Positions 8,202 through 17,827 of a stretch of 52,225 nt of DNA are shown here, piece after piece. The notes under the pieces are model-generated. The model did no database searches. It was not told the DNA's origin and saw nothing but the letters and a program-made list of their open reading frames with translations. The DNA is from a virus (Duplodnaviria > Caudoviricetes): the IMG/VR virus record IMGVR_UViG_3300017912_000774, positions 1-52,225 of that record; one strand, given 5' to 3'. The translations under genes were made by a program, and so were the position numbers. Numbering within the stretch: position 1 is the first letter of the stretch; every line of letters starts with the position of its first letter.

Positions 8202-11162
8202 TTATTTTTTATGAACTGCCAATCCTACTAAGTAAACTATAGGATGGATTATTTTACAAAAGATATTGCCGACCATACTGTCTTTAGCTTTACCTTTTGT
8301 TAAAATATGTCTAAGGTGTTTTGTTCGTTCTTTTGCAAAGTAAGCACCGATACTAGTCAATGTGTTATTAACTTTCATACCACGAACAAAAGGTTTGAAT
8401 AACGAATGATACCCTATTTCATGTAGAGGTGTCAAGTATTTTTTCTGATAAATGTGCCAAGTCTTCATGGCTTGTGCCCAGTCATCAAGTTGAGTTTGTC
8501 TGTACATCTCTGTGCAAACTATTTTGCCACCAGGTCCGCTACCAGATGCTTGAGCATCATCAGCATAACTTGTGCCTGGAACATCTGGGTCACCAGCAGT
8601 TGCTGAAGCACCAGGTGTATCTATGCCTCCTGCTTTGTCTGCTTCTCCTGCTCCATAGGCTTCAGGATTAGTTTGGTCAGGACCTGCTTTCCCAGCGTCA
8701 GGGTCATTTATAGGATTACCATTTCTGTCCGTAACATTTGTGGTTGTTCCATTTGAAAAACTGAATGTGCCGTTAGAATTTATACTGTATTTAGTGCCGT
8801 TATCTGTTCTTCCTGTACCGACACTACCACCATTTGCAGCAACAGCATCTTTCCCTCTATCAGAAAAGTTTTCATCTACCTCTCTTTGTCCAGGGTTTCT
8901 ACCACTTCCAAATGTCTCATCAACATCAAATCCTTTTTCTAACTCAGCTTGTTGAGCTATGCTTCTGTCACCATAAGCAGGACCTAGGTTTTGTTGCGAT
9001 ATTCTATCCATTTGTATATCTTGAGCTACATGAGTTGCTGCTAATCTATCTTCAGGTGTAATTGCATTTTGAGCTATTGTGTTTAAAGCATTTAAGTTTG
9101 CATTATAACTTTGTGTAGTCCCAGGCTTAGTTCCTGTAGGACCCATACCTGCTGCAAATTGTGTAGAGTATTTATCATACGCATCTTGGTAACTTTGTTT
9201 ACCCATGGTGTCTGCATCTCTGCCACCTGCGAATGTGTCAATTTGATTACCTGTTGTTATCTCAGGGGCTATATTACTGGGTCCTCCCCTTGCTAAACTT
9301 TGTTGTGCTGCATCTGTTACATTTTCTAAGAAACCTTTAGTATTAACTTGTGGAGCAGATACATTTGTAACAGATGGTATGTCTTGTGTTACAGTATTTA
9401 ATGATTTAGCTTGAGGTTTCTCGTCAGCGTATGCTTGAATAACTTCTTTGCTAGGTCTGCTCATAGGCATATCCTGAGAACGCATACCTACTTCACCTCT
9501 ATATGAATTTAGTGCTGCTGTAGCAGCTTTACCTCTTTCTATTTCTTGTTTATTGTTTTCCATAAATCCAAAAGTTTGAGCTACAGGAGCAAAGGCTGAT
9601 AATCCTAGAGCTTTTTGTCCAGTGGTTTGCGTGCTTATCAATCCCATCACTTCTGGATTTGGAGCAAAATAATTAGCTCTGCCTGTAGCCAGTGCTTCTT
9701 TTACATCTGCTATTCCTGTTATATTTCCACTAAAATCATATTGGATAGCATATTCTTTACCTCCAATAGTAGTTCTAGCCCCGCCTAAACCTGCGTCTAT
9801 CTCAGGGTCTCCCCCTCCTCCATCGCCACTATCTTGTTGAATAACTTTAGCTGGTGCAACTGGAGCTTTGTCATTTGCTGATGGTGGCGTACTATCATCA
9901 CCTGGCTTGTATGTCTGCTCTTGTTTGTAGCTACCTACATTACCAGCACCTACTACAACATTAGGGTCAGTTACAGGACCTAATGTAAGAGATGCTGGAC
10001 TTATAACACCAGTGGTAGTTGTAGGGGCAACAAGTCCTCTAACACTGGGTTGTAACTTATCATCTATTCCATCCCTATTTGTATCTGTGAAACCAGGAGC
10101 TTTTACAAATCTAGCTGACGCTGCTTGAGGAAGTGTGGCTGTTCCAAACTGTCCTAATGCAGGATTATACGCTTGTTGTTGTCTTGCTATACCTTGTGAT
10201 GTAGCAACATTAGGAGCATCTAAAATGGTCATACCTGCTTGTGCACTCTTTACATCATCATCAACATAATCAACTTGACCTGCGGCTTCCATCTCTCCTA
10301 AGCCTTGTAACGCTTCTCTTCTTAAATTTTCATACATACCAAGTCCATGATACCTAACGACGTTAGCTGGTACAACTAACTCTCCTTCGCTGAGTAAAAC
10401 ATGTTGGTCATCTTTAACTTCATCTGATGTTGCACCTGGAGGTGGGTCTGCAGGAGTTCCCTTGGATGCTTCTTCATACTTTGGTTGTGGTGGACCACTT
10501 ACGTCAATTACGACTGCTAGACCTTTTCCATTCTTTTTAGACTTTGTGCCTCCAGCTTTCATAGTTGTAGGCTTTTCATCCATAGGCATAGCTGGAGGAG
10601 TTGCTAAGGCAGTTGTCATAGGGGTAGGCATCTCAGTATCTATAATACTCATAGGAGTAGCAATACCCTTTTCTTTATCTTGTTTTAATCTTTGCGAGAC
10701 TAATTTTAAAGCTTCGTCTCTAGGGTCAGTAACTTTTGGAGCTGCGGCTCTACCCAACTTTTTTGTTTGAACTTGCTTATTGCCTACTGGTGGACTAGTC
10801 TTTTGTGTCATCGGTGATACACCTAATCCTGCTGGTTCTGTCTTCATGAGTGCTCCTCCTATCTTCATGCGTCTAGCTATACCTATTTGTTTACTTATTT
10901 GTTTTGATTTAGCAGTGGCTTTATCTGCTGTTTCTTTGCCTGGTGGTCCCTTTATTAAAATGTAATCTTTTTTCTTAAGAGATTCTTTTATGTCTGATTT
11001 ACGTAGCTTCCCATCTTTGCCCATACGCAAAGTTGGAAATAAAACCTCTCCTCCTAAATCATCTACATATTCGCTTCTAGTTTGAACAGTGGCTCCTCCT
11101 TTGCTGGGAGTGTTTCTGTTCATGGCTCTTGAAAGCCACGCAGGTCTGTTATCAATTTCCAT
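8202..11162 (-). CDS. Large low-complexity head-module/virion protein
   Basis: 986 aa between portal and scaffold. MKIGG/MKAGG motifs, DDQHVLLSEGELVVPANVVRYHG domain, long G/D/N/T-rich linker, C-terminal KIVCTEMY...GYH..F.PFV domain. Confidence 0.7.
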   Translation of the reverse strand: MEIDNRPAWLSRAMNRNTPSKGGATVQTRSEYVDDLGGEVLFPTLRMGKDGKLRKSDIKESLKKKDYILIKGPPGKETADKATAKSKQISKQIGIARRMKIGGALMKTEPAGLGVSPMTQKTSPPVGNKQVQTKKLGRAAAPKVTDPRDEALKLVSQRLKQDKEKGIATPMSIIDTEMPTPMTTALATPPAMPMDEKPTTMKAGGTKSKKNGKGLAVVIDVSGPPQPKYEEASKGTPADPPPGATSDEVKDDQHVLLSEGELVVPANVVRYHGLGMYENLRREALQGLGEMEAAGQVDYVDDDVKSAQAGMTILDAPNVATSQGIARQQQAYNPALGQFGTATLPQAASARFVKAPGFTDTNRDGIDDKLQPSVRGLVAPTTTTGVISPASLTLGPVTDPNVVVGAGNVGSYKQEQTYKPGDDSTPPSANDKAPVAPAKVIQQDSGDGGGGDPEIDAGLGGARTTIGGKEYAIQYDFSGNITGIADVKEALATGRANYFAPNPEVMGLISTQTTGQKALGLSAFAPVAQTFGFMENNKQEIERGKAATAALNSYRGEVGMRSQDMPMSRPSKEVIQAYADEKPQAKSLNTVTQDIPSVTNVSAPQVNTKGFLENVTDAAQQSLARGGPSNIAPEITTGNQIDTFAGGRDADTMGKQSYQDAYDKYSTQFAAGMGPTGTKPGTTQSYNANLNALNTIAQNAITPEDRLAATHVAQDIQMDRISQQNLGPAYGDRSIAQQAELEKGFDVDETFGSGRNPGQREVDENFSDRGKDAVAANGGSVGTGRTDNGTKYSINSNGTFSFSNGTTTNVTDRNGNPINDPDAGKAGPDQTNPEAYGAGEADKAGGIDTPGASATAGDPDVPGTSYADDAQASGSGPGGKIVCTEMYRQTQLDDWAQAMKTWHIYQKKYLTPLHEIGYHSLFKPFVRGMKVNNTLTSIGAYFAKERTKHLRHILTKGKAKDSMVGNIFCKIIHPIVYLVGLAVHKK

Positions 11163-11376
11163 TTTTTGACTTTGCTAAAACTTCATCACGAAGAGTTTTC
11201 AGTCTTCGTATCTCTTGGATTGCTCCTTGTGCTCTTGCTATGTTGTGTATGTCGTCATACTGTTCTAACAATTTGTGTAGTTCTTCTACTCTGTGATTCA
11301 TATATAATTCTAGTAAATCACTATTCTTTTTGCTATCTACTAAAGGTACAAGCTTACTAGCTACTTCTTTTATCAC
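11152..11376 (-). CDS. Small conserved protein downstream of portal
   Basis: 74 aa, RAQGAI.EIRRLKTLRDEV helical motif. Coupled to the portal stop. Confidence 0.7.
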   Translation of the reverse strand: MIKEVASKLVPLVDSKKNSDLLELYMNHRVEELHKLLEQYDDIHNIARAQGAIQEIRRLKTLRDEVLAKSKNGN

Positions 11377-13478
11377 TATCTGCCCCCTAGTAATTGTTGT
11401 AGTTGGTCAACAACTGCAGGTTCTTGTGGAGCTGTGGCAGGATTCTGTGGAGCACTAAATCCTTGTTCGCCAGGGACAGGTGCTTGTCCTACACCAATAT
11501 TACCTCCCCCACCTCCTGATGGGTCAGCAACATTTACACCTTGTGCTTGCGACTGGTCAGTTGGTAAACCTCCAGCAGCTTTTAGTATCTCTGCTTGTTT
11601 AAATGCTTCTCTCTCATCATTGATAAGTTTCTCTGCATCCAAGTCCATGGCATGTCCAAGCTCTCTTAATATTACTGGTATTTTTAAGTATGGTGCTACA
11701 GCAGCGTTACCTGACATCTGAAGTAACTGTAGAAGTCTTTGACTTCGTACTTCGTTCTTCATAAGACTTTCTGTGCCTCGAGCTTTTATCTCTAAGTCGC
11801 CTCGGGCTTCTTTATCAAAGTCAAACTGCATGTTAAATGCAAACAGTGCTTCTCCTAATGGTTGTAATAAATAATCGTCTAAGTTCTTTACAACACTCTT
11901 GATGCTAAGTTGGGCTGCTCCCATCAGCATGCTGATACCAGCCGCAGTTCTACCTGTGCCTGCAACACCTGTCTGTCCATGTGAATAAGATGGTATACCT
12001 GTTGCATCATCAGCTAACGCCCGTGCTTTATCAAACATCATCATATTCTCTGTGCTTACATTCGGATACTTAGTTCCAAATAGTGCTTGTCCAGGTGCAC
12101 CACCTTGTCGTCTAAATACTTTGCCTGGAAATACTTGTAAGTCTTGTCCTGGTACTAAGTTAGTTTCGTCAATCTCGAATACTAGGTTACCTGATAACAC
12201 AGCGTTATCAACTGCCATTCTCATAAAACCATTCATAAGTGTTTGTGTGTCTGACATATTCTCAGCTAGTCCTACACCGAAGAAACTATATGGGTTTAGC
12301 TCAAACGGGGCGGCACAGTAAGGAATACGTTTTGGTGTAAATGGATTTACAACTAATCTAAGTATCTTGTTGTTACATACCCATACATTAACCTGTAATG
12401 TATCTACATCCTCAAACTCTTTTGGTATTTCTAATCCTGAAGCCTCTGCCATAGTTTTATCTATGTTGCCCCAGAACTCTAGCACCTCAAATCTATCTAC
12501 GTCATATTGAGTTTCATTATCTCTTAGGTCTGTTTCCCACCATTTACGTGTATAGTTAAATCCAATCTCTGCACACTCATCTACAGCCTCTGTATCAAAA
12601 TAAGGTCTCTTTTTAAGATTACGTAACTCTGAATAACTTAGCTTATGACGTTCTATAACGTATTCTGCCTCAGCCATGTTGTTAGCATCATAGTCAGGGT
12701 AAAAGTTCCAAGTTGATACAGACTCAACTCTTGGAACAGTTTTACTCTCTGGTGAGTAATTACCCTCTTCATCCCAGTTAGCTTTTTCTTTATCAAAAGC
12801 AAAAGGTCCTTTAATTATTCCCGTACCAAATAGAGCCATCTCAAACGCAACTGTTCTTAAATGCTTAGATGCATTTGACTCCTCCAACTGGTCAAGAATA
12901 GTTTTTTCCATTCTCTTTGCAGCTTTTTGTGCAGGGTGATATGTTTGTGATGTTGGTGTTAGTCCTTGTCCAGACTTTATCTTTTCTCTTATACTTTCTA
13001 GGTCATCTTCAAAAGCCCCTAGTTTTAAGTCTTGTAGTGATTCCTGTGTTGCACCTCGTGGTAAGTCTTGTCCATCTCCAGGGAAACCATATACATTATT
13101 TAATTCGTTTAATGCGTTATCTGGCTCTTTGGGGTCAAAGTTTACTGACTCTGTTACACCTTCAGGAATACGAGTGGCTTCTACACCTAGTGGGAATCTT
13201 TGTCCTGCAAATAAAACATCTATGATTTGTCCATAAGCTGCAAGGACTTTTGTTTTAGTTACTTTTATAAATACTTGTGATTTTTCTGTTTCAGTAAACT
13301 GAGTATCGTTTGTGTATAAACCTCTGTACTGTCTGTATGAGTTAAGCCATCTTTGCTCATCATATAATCGTGCATCTTCTGCAGATTTAAATTTTTCAAT
13401 AACATAAGCTGCTAATTCATCCTTTGGGTCCTTTGGGACAAATACTAAATCTTCAATATTTTCGTTTTCATTTTCCAT
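11376..13478 (-). CDS. Portal protein
   Basis: 700 aa after TerL. VFIKVTKTKVLAAYGQI, PYSFFGVGLAENM and RTAAGISMLMGAA motifs. Confidence 0.92.
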   Translation of the reverse strand: MENENENIEDLVFVPKDPKDELAAYVIEKFKSAEDARLYDEQRWLNSYRQYRGLYTNDTQFTETEKSQVFIKVTKTKVLAAYGQIIDVLFAGQRFPLGVEATRIPEGVTESVNFDPKEPDNALNELNNVYGFPGDGQDLPRGATQESLQDLKLGAFEDDLESIREKIKSGQGLTPTSQTYHPAQKAAKRMEKTILDQLEESNASKHLRTVAFEMALFGTGIIKGPFAFDKEKANWDEEGNYSPESKTVPRVESVSTWNFYPDYDANNMAEAEYVIERHKLSYSELRNLKKRPYFDTEAVDECAEIGFNYTRKWWETDLRDNETQYDVDRFEVLEFWGNIDKTMAEASGLEIPKEFEDVDTLQVNVWVCNNKILRLVVNPFTPKRIPYCAAPFELNPYSFFGVGLAENMSDTQTLMNGFMRMAVDNAVLSGNLVFEIDETNLVPGQDLQVFPGKVFRRQGGAPGQALFGTKYPNVSTENMMMFDKARALADDATGIPSYSHGQTGVAGTGRTAAGISMLMGAAQLSIKSVVKNLDDYLLQPLGEALFAFNMQFDFDKEARGDLEIKARGTESLMKNEVRSQRLLQLLQMSGNAAVAPYLKIPVILRELGHAMDLDAEKLINDEREAFKQAEILKAAGGLPTDQSQAQGVNVADPSGGGGGNIGVGQAPVPGEQGFSAPQNPATAPQEPAVVDQLQQLLGGR

Positions 13479-13480
13479 GT

Positions 13481-15121
13481 TTAATATCCAAATACTCTAT
13501 CTGCAGGAGTCCATTTTCTTGGCATCGCTGCTGGGTCATAATCAAATATAGACTTTGACCTAGGTCGGGTCATTATACCATATCTCAAAGCATCATACAA
13601 ATGGTCTTCTGCTTTTGTGTCTACGTCTTCAGAATTACTCTTATCTAAAGGTATTACAGGTAACTGTGCTATTAAATTTACGCAGTTGTTAAATATAACT
13701 AGACCAGCGTTCTCACTAATCTCATCAACTTGTAGTCTTCTATGTAATTCGTTTTTACCTGCCACACGACTACCTTTACTTCTGTCTGCTGGTCGCCAAC
13801 GACAACCAACTGAAATCATTTGTTCTGCCAAGGAAGGACCCGTATCACCTCTTTTATGCCAACACGAACTGTCGAGCACACCATACGATATTTGTCCATC
13901 GTTTCTTTCTGCATCCAAGATAGCAAACGCCAAGTCTTTTGCAGTATATTTTGAGACGTACATTTCACGATAGACCACCAGTTGTTCAGTAGCTGGGTCA
14001 ACTGCAAACCATAAAACTGCAGAGTGCGAAGAATATCCATAGTCGCACGCCCTAAATTTTCTCCAGTTGTCTGGAATCGTAAATACATCCGTAACGTGAT
14101 ATTTTCTATCGAACTCAGCAAACGCTGCACCTTCTGCAACATCCCAACTTCCCTCCAATAATTGTCTACGCTGTGTCTCTGGCAAGGATAACAGCATCGC
14201 TTCATAGTCCCCCTGATTATATAAGAAAGGATTGTCTGCTAGTTTAGCAGGTATGAAGCGTCGTTTAAACAAAGGCTGGTCTGCCTTTGAATGATGTTTG
14301 GGGTATCTTAGTGTTTCCCCCGTCGTAATATCTGTCGCCCAAAACGCTTTATTCGCTGGAGCAGGGTCAATGAACATTTTTTTGACCCAGCCGTGTCCTG
14401 GTCCTCCAGGGTTCGTCGTGCCTCGCATGTAGACGGGGAGCGACGGGTCAGCAGTTCTGAGACGTGAACGTAAATAATCCCAAGCATAAGGTGTCGGATA
14501 CTGTGTTAATTCATCAAAGCCAATATAAGTAAATGCTTGTCCTTGGTATCTTAAAACATCTTTCTCTTGTTCAAGATATGTCATCCATATTCTAGCACCA
14601 GACGGGAAAGTCCATTGACTTTTTTTCTCCATCCATTTAGCCCCTGGATAAGCTTGAGGATAAATTTCCTGAGATTTGTGTATAATCTCCCTAAGTTCGT
14701 CGTTTGTACGTCTTAATATAAGAGCGTTCATATTAGAGTTGTTGCAATAACGTAATGGGTCTACTATTAAACTATACGTCTTGCCTCCTCCAGCAGCTCC
14801 TCCATACAATACTTCTCGTTCTGGAGCAGCTAAAAAATTTGTTTGTGGTCCTGGGTTTGGCTCAAACAATACTGTTTGACTTGGTTCCTCCTGGATAGCA
14901 TAAGTTTCAGGTAAACTCTCTGTAGCTTTCTCTGCAATGTCATTATCTTCTGTGCTCCTAGCTATCTTAGCTATTTTACGTTGTGCTATGTTTAAACGCA
15001 CACGTGCAGACCTTTGTTGTTTTTTAGCTTTAACTAATTCTTTTTCTTCTTTAGTTAAAGGCTTGTGCTTTGACGTTGCCTTCAGCTTCGGTCTTGGCGG
15101 TGCGGCTTTTTTGTTCAGCAT
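13481..15121 (-). CDS. terL: Terminase large subunit
   Basis: Walker A YGGAAGGGKT, Walker B IGFDELTQ, TTNPGGPGH, nuclease CDYGY and EDHLYDALRYG. Confidence 0.95.
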   Translation of the reverse strand: MLNKKAAPPRPKLKATSKHKPLTKEEKELVKAKKQQRSARVRLNIAQRKIAKIARSTEDNDIAEKATESLPETYAIQEEPSQTVLFEPNPGPQTNFLAAPEREVLYGGAAGGGKTYSLIVDPLRYCNNSNMNALILRRTNDELREIIHKSQEIYPQAYPGAKWMEKKSQWTFPSGARIWMTYLEQEKDVLRYQGQAFTYIGFDELTQYPTPYAWDYLRSRLRTADPSLPVYMRGTTNPGGPGHGWVKKMFIDPAPANKAFWATDITTGETLRYPKHHSKADQPLFKRRFIPAKLADNPFLYNQGDYEAMLLSLPETQRRQLLEGSWDVAEGAAFAEFDRKYHVTDVFTIPDNWRKFRACDYGYSSHSAVLWFAVDPATEQLVVYREMYVSKYTAKDLAFAILDAERNDGQISYGVLDSSCWHKRGDTGPSLAEQMISVGCRWRPADRSKGSRVAGKNELHRRLQVDEISENAGLVIFNNCVNLIAQLPVIPLDKSNSEDVDTKAEDHLYDALRYGIMTRPRSKSIFDYDPAAMPRKWTPADRVFGY

Positions 15122-15392
15122 GCCTTCGTCTATCTGTCTTGTCTGTTTTTATACGTTTCCATAAACCCATGGGTGTTATGCTACGTCCTGTATATTCTGT
15201 GAGCCATCTTGCTACCTCTGGATAAGAGGACTCTTTCAAATAATCTTCTGCCATTGATAACGCTTCTAGTTGTTCATCTACTGGCTCTAATAAATGTGGG
15301 TCGATGCTATTTGCTTCGTATCCCCAAGGAATCGTTGGACCCTTAAGTGTTTTGTATCTGTTAGTTGGGTTCAGTTTCTGTGCTATTGTCAT
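15051..15392 (-). CDS. Small HTH/recombinase-domain-like DNA-binding protein next to terminase
   Basis: 113 aa, IPWGYE...EQLEAL...SYPEVARWL...GRSITPMGLWKR pattern. Confidence 0.6.
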   Translation of the reverse strand: MTIAQKLNPTNRYKTLKGPTIPWGYEANSIDPHLLEPVDEQLEALSMAEDYLKESSYPEVARWLTEYTGRSITPMGLWKRIKTDKTDRRRHAEQKSRTAKTEAEGNVKAQAFN

Positions 15393-15789
15393 CTGTCTTT
15401 GCTGGTAAAATAAATACGCCCATCGGTTTATCTGACGTGACGTTTAACTTCTCTACCTTTGATAAACCAACTCTATCAAGTATCTGTTGAGAAGCTGCTA
15501 GTCTTTCTCTATTACCGATGGCAGATGGGTCATCAATAACCCCCACCATTGATAATACAGCTTTAGGGGCATTGACTGCCATCTCTAATTCTGCTCTTTC
15601 AATTATGTGTTTACGCACTGAGTTAATTATATGGTGTGGATTAGTTGACTCTGAATACCCTGCAATCTTCATAGCTTTAGCATGATTACCTTTAGCAGGA
15701 CCAAACAGAGCATCTAAGAATTTGTTTTGTAATTCTGTTAATTCTTTATGCACGAGGATTCTTCTTTCTAGCTGTTTTGGTTCTAGCAA
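15361..15789 (-). CDS. Putative terminase small subunit
   Basis: LTELQNKFLDALF...AMKIAGYS HTH and QILDRVG motif upstream of terL. True start may be GTG near 15753. Confidence 0.7.
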   Translation of the reverse strand: MLEPKQLERRILVHKELTELQNKFLDALFGPAKGNHAKAMKIAGYSESTNPHHIINSVRKHIIERAELEMAVNAPKAVLSMVGVIDDPSAIGNRERLAASQQILDRVGLSKVEKLNVTSDKPMGVFILPAKTDDNSTETEPN

Positions 15790-16003
15790 AAGAACGATTT
15801 TTGCTTTTTGATTTTACAGATAATTTAGTTTTCTTATTATTCATAGGATTACCTGTGGTGTGATGTACGTCTTTGCCATCACCTTTGGTGACTAAGCCAC
15901 GCTTTGCCATGATTGCCCGAGCCGCATTTCTTGATGCCCTTCTCTTTTTTTGTTTTGGCTTAGCGTGGTATCTGTCGTATTCTTTTCTATAGTTTCTTGT
16001 CAT
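15746..16003 (-). CDS. Small basic HNH-like protein
   Basis: 85 aa, RASRNAAR...KGDGKDVHH...NP.NN...L.V.S...NRS pattern. Confidence 0.6.
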   Translation of the reverse strand: MTRNYRKEYDRYHAKPKQKKRRASRNAARAIMAKRGLVTKGDGKDVHHTTGNPMNNKKTKLSVKSKSKNRSFARTKTARKKNPRA

Positions 16004-16245
16004 GTCTTTTTACGAGTAGTCTTTCTTTTTCTGCCAGAAGCTGTTACTGACCATTTAACCATCTTAGGTCCTGTCTTTTTTCTTGCTTCTGACTTACTAA
16101 TTCTACCTGCTACTGCTTTTGGTCTACATGCAGGATATGGTCGTGACTTTTTTTCTTTGCCTGACCTACCACATTTTTTTCCTGTTTTAACGTCACGCCA
16201 ATCTTCTTTAAACCATTTAGTTAAGCCACCTTTAGGTTTAGCCAT
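16000..16245 (-). CDS. Small basic hypothetical protein
   Basis: 81 aa, GGLTKWFKEDW.DVKTGKKCGRS...YPACRP. ATGA/TAATG-coupled to neighbours. Confidence 0.75.
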   Translation of the reverse strand: MAKPKGGLTKWFKEDWRDVKTGKKCGRSGKEKKSRPYPACRPKAVAGRISKSEARKKTGPKMVKWSVTASGRKRKTTRKKT

Positions 16246-16406
16246 TAGTATGTACCACCACGTTTCTTATATGTTCTAACTAACCAAGCATTTGCATATG
16301 CACTAGGATATACCTTGAACTTACGTTTTGCTTCTGCTTTTACTGAAGCATATAACTTTGGGTTCTTTGGTTTAGCCCCTCCAGTTTTTTTCTTCTTTGC
16401 TGCCAT
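16245..16406 (-). CDS. Small basic hypothetical protein (53 aa, not in ORF track)
   Basis: MAAKKKKTGGAKPKNPKLYASVKAEAKRKFKVYPSAYANAWLVRTYKKRGGTY. AGGAGGAG RBS. TAATG overlap with the next gene. Confidence 0.8.
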   Translation of the reverse strand: MAAKKKKTGGAKPKNPKLYASVKAEAKRKFKVYPSAYANAWLVRTYKKRGGTY

Positions 16407-16418
16407 GTGATACTCCTC

Positions 16419-16535
16419 CTACATGCATAAGTCTTCATACTTAGTTGTATGAAGTCTGTGTTTAGCTAACTCTTGTGCAGTTGCTACGCCTACGTTACTG
16501 TTAGACATTATAAATTTTATTAACCAATTTATCAT
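16419..16535 (-). CDS. Microprotein (38 aa, not in ORF track)
   Basis: MINWLIKFIMSNSNVGVATAQELAKHRLHTTKYEDLCM. ATGA overlap with the upstream gene and fills the gap. Confidence 0.6.
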   Translation of the reverse strand: MINWLIKFIMSNSNVGVATAQELAKHRLHTTKYEDLCM

Positions 16536-16975
16536 AATCTTCCTGTCCATTTACCTAGAAACCATGCTAATAATCCTGCAAAGAATAATATGACTATAAA
16601 TCCTATTCCGTATCCTACGTATTCTATAAGTTCTTGTCTACGCTTCTCTGCCATCTTTTCTTGATAGCGTCTTGATTTTCTAGCTTCTGCTTGAAAGGCT
16701 TGCCAATCTTGCCATAATCCTGGTCTGCCTAGATAAATCATAATCTTTTTAAGTTCTTCTTCTTTCTCTCTTATCTGTTCAAGAGCCATGAACTCATCTA
16801 AGTCTGCACCACCTATACCTCTAGCTTTTTTCTTTTTCAAATTTTTTTCTATTGCTTCTTTTGAAAATACAAAATCGCTTATATGTTTAGCACACCCACT
16901 CAGTTCTTTTCCGTTGGACACAAATTGTTTTATGACACTGAAAGCAGCATTAGCTGCAGCTAGTTCTGCTAACAT
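16532..16975 (-). CDS. Membrane-anchored hypothetical protein
   Basis: 147 aa, coiled-coil with a C-terminal hydrophobic helix (VGYGIGFIVILFFAGLLAWFLG). Confidence 0.8.
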   Translation of the reverse strand: MLAELAAANAAFSVIKQFVSNGKELSGCAKHISDFVFSKEAIEKNLKKKKARGIGGADLDEFMALEQIREKEEELKKIMIYLGRPGLWQDWQAFQAEARKSRRYQEKMAEKRRQELIEYVGYGIGFIVILFFAGLLAWFLGKWTGRL

Positions 16976-17158
16976 TTACCTTTTCCTTTTTGGTTTACAA
17001 TATGCAGTTATTCGTAAAGTAGGTCCTTCCTCTTGTGGTATGGGTGGTTGTCTATGTAGTCTTTCTGCAAAATACAGACATCTATCTAAGTCTTGAAAAG
17101 TTTGTGTTTGGTCTATTACTCTTACTCCCATCATAAACACTAACACAAACTCAATCAT
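16976..17158 (-). CDS. Small protein with hydrophobic N-terminus and Cys pair
   Basis: 60 aa, MIEFVLVFMMG...DRCLYFA...TAYCKP. Abuts both neighbours. Confidence 0.7.
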   Translation of the reverse strand: MIEFVLVFMMGVRVIDQTQTFQDLDRCLYFAERLHRQPPIPQEEGPTLRITAYCKPKRKR

Positions 17159-17286
17159 TAATTAACAAAATCTAACTCTAACTGTTCTTCTGTAGACTCT
17201 TTGTCATGACAGTCACAGTTACATTCCTCCACATCACATTCGTAACACTCGCAAGTCTTACATTTACTTTTTCTTTTTTCGTTCAT
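17158..17286 (-). CDS. Cys-rich metallothionein-like microprotein (42 aa, not in ORF track)
   Basis: MNEKRKSKCKTCECYECDVEECNCDCHDKESTEEQLELDFVN. TAATG overlap with the downstream gene. Confidence 0.7.
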   Translation of the reverse strand: MNEKRKSKCKTCECYECDVEECNCDCHDKESTEEQLELDFVN

Positions 17287-17569
17287 TTGCTCTTTTCAAA
17301 CTTTCTTTGGCTTTCTTAGCTATACTTACAACTTCGCTTTTTCCCATGACTTTTGCTCGTTGCTCCATGACTGTAAGTATCTGTATCTTTCTCGCATATG
17401 GCTTATTGACTCTTTTAACTTTCGCAACTGTTGCTCTTGCGTCTGCAGGCGTGGCGAACTTGATGCTAACTGTGTCTTTAGGGTTCTCATCTGTGTATAA
17501 GCGTCTGCCTGAACCTTTTGGTTTTTTACCTGTGCCGACTTTAGGGTCACTTTTTTTTCTTTTTGCCAT
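17264..17569 (-). CDS. Small basic hypothetical protein
   Basis: 101 aa, DPKVGTGKKPKGSGRRLYTDENPKDTVSIKFAT motif. Confidence 0.8.
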   Translation of the reverse strand: MAKRKKSDPKVGTGKKPKGSGRRLYTDENPKDTVSIKFATPADARATVAKVKRVNKPYARKIQILTVMEQRAKVMGKSEVVSIAKKAKESLKRANERKKKK

Positions 17570-17699
17570 GTTTTTTCTTATATCTAGTTCTTTGGTCTTT
17601 TTCTATTTTAGTTAAAAGTTTAGCTTGATTAGCATGAGCCTTAGATGCTTTCTTCAATTTACCTATAACTGTTTTTAATGGTCTGGTGTAATGTGGCAT
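17547..17699 (-). CDS. Basic microprotein (50 aa, not in ORF track)
   Basis: MPHYTRPLKTVIGKLKKASKAHANQAKLLTKIEKDQRTRYKKKHGKKKKK. TAATG-coupled. Confidence 0.7.
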   Translation of the reverse strand: MPHYTRPLKTVIGKLKKASKAHANQAKLLTKIEKDQRTRYKKKHGKKKKK

Positions 17700-17827
17700 T
17701 ATGTCTTTCTCTTTTTCTTAGCTTTAGATGGGAGCAGCCCTTTGTTGACTGCTCTTGCTCTTTCAGAAAAACCAAGCTTTTTCTTTTGCTTAATTTTTTT
17801 TCTTATTGTTTCTAATTTTGCTACCAT
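17699..17827 (-). CDS. Basic microprotein (42 aa, not in ORF track)
   Basis: MVAKLETIRKKIKQKKKLGFSERARAVNKGLLPSKAKKKRKT. Stop overlaps the next start. Confidence 0.7.
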   Translation of the reverse strand: MVAKLETIRKKIKQKKKLGFSERARAVNKGLLPSKAKKKRKT

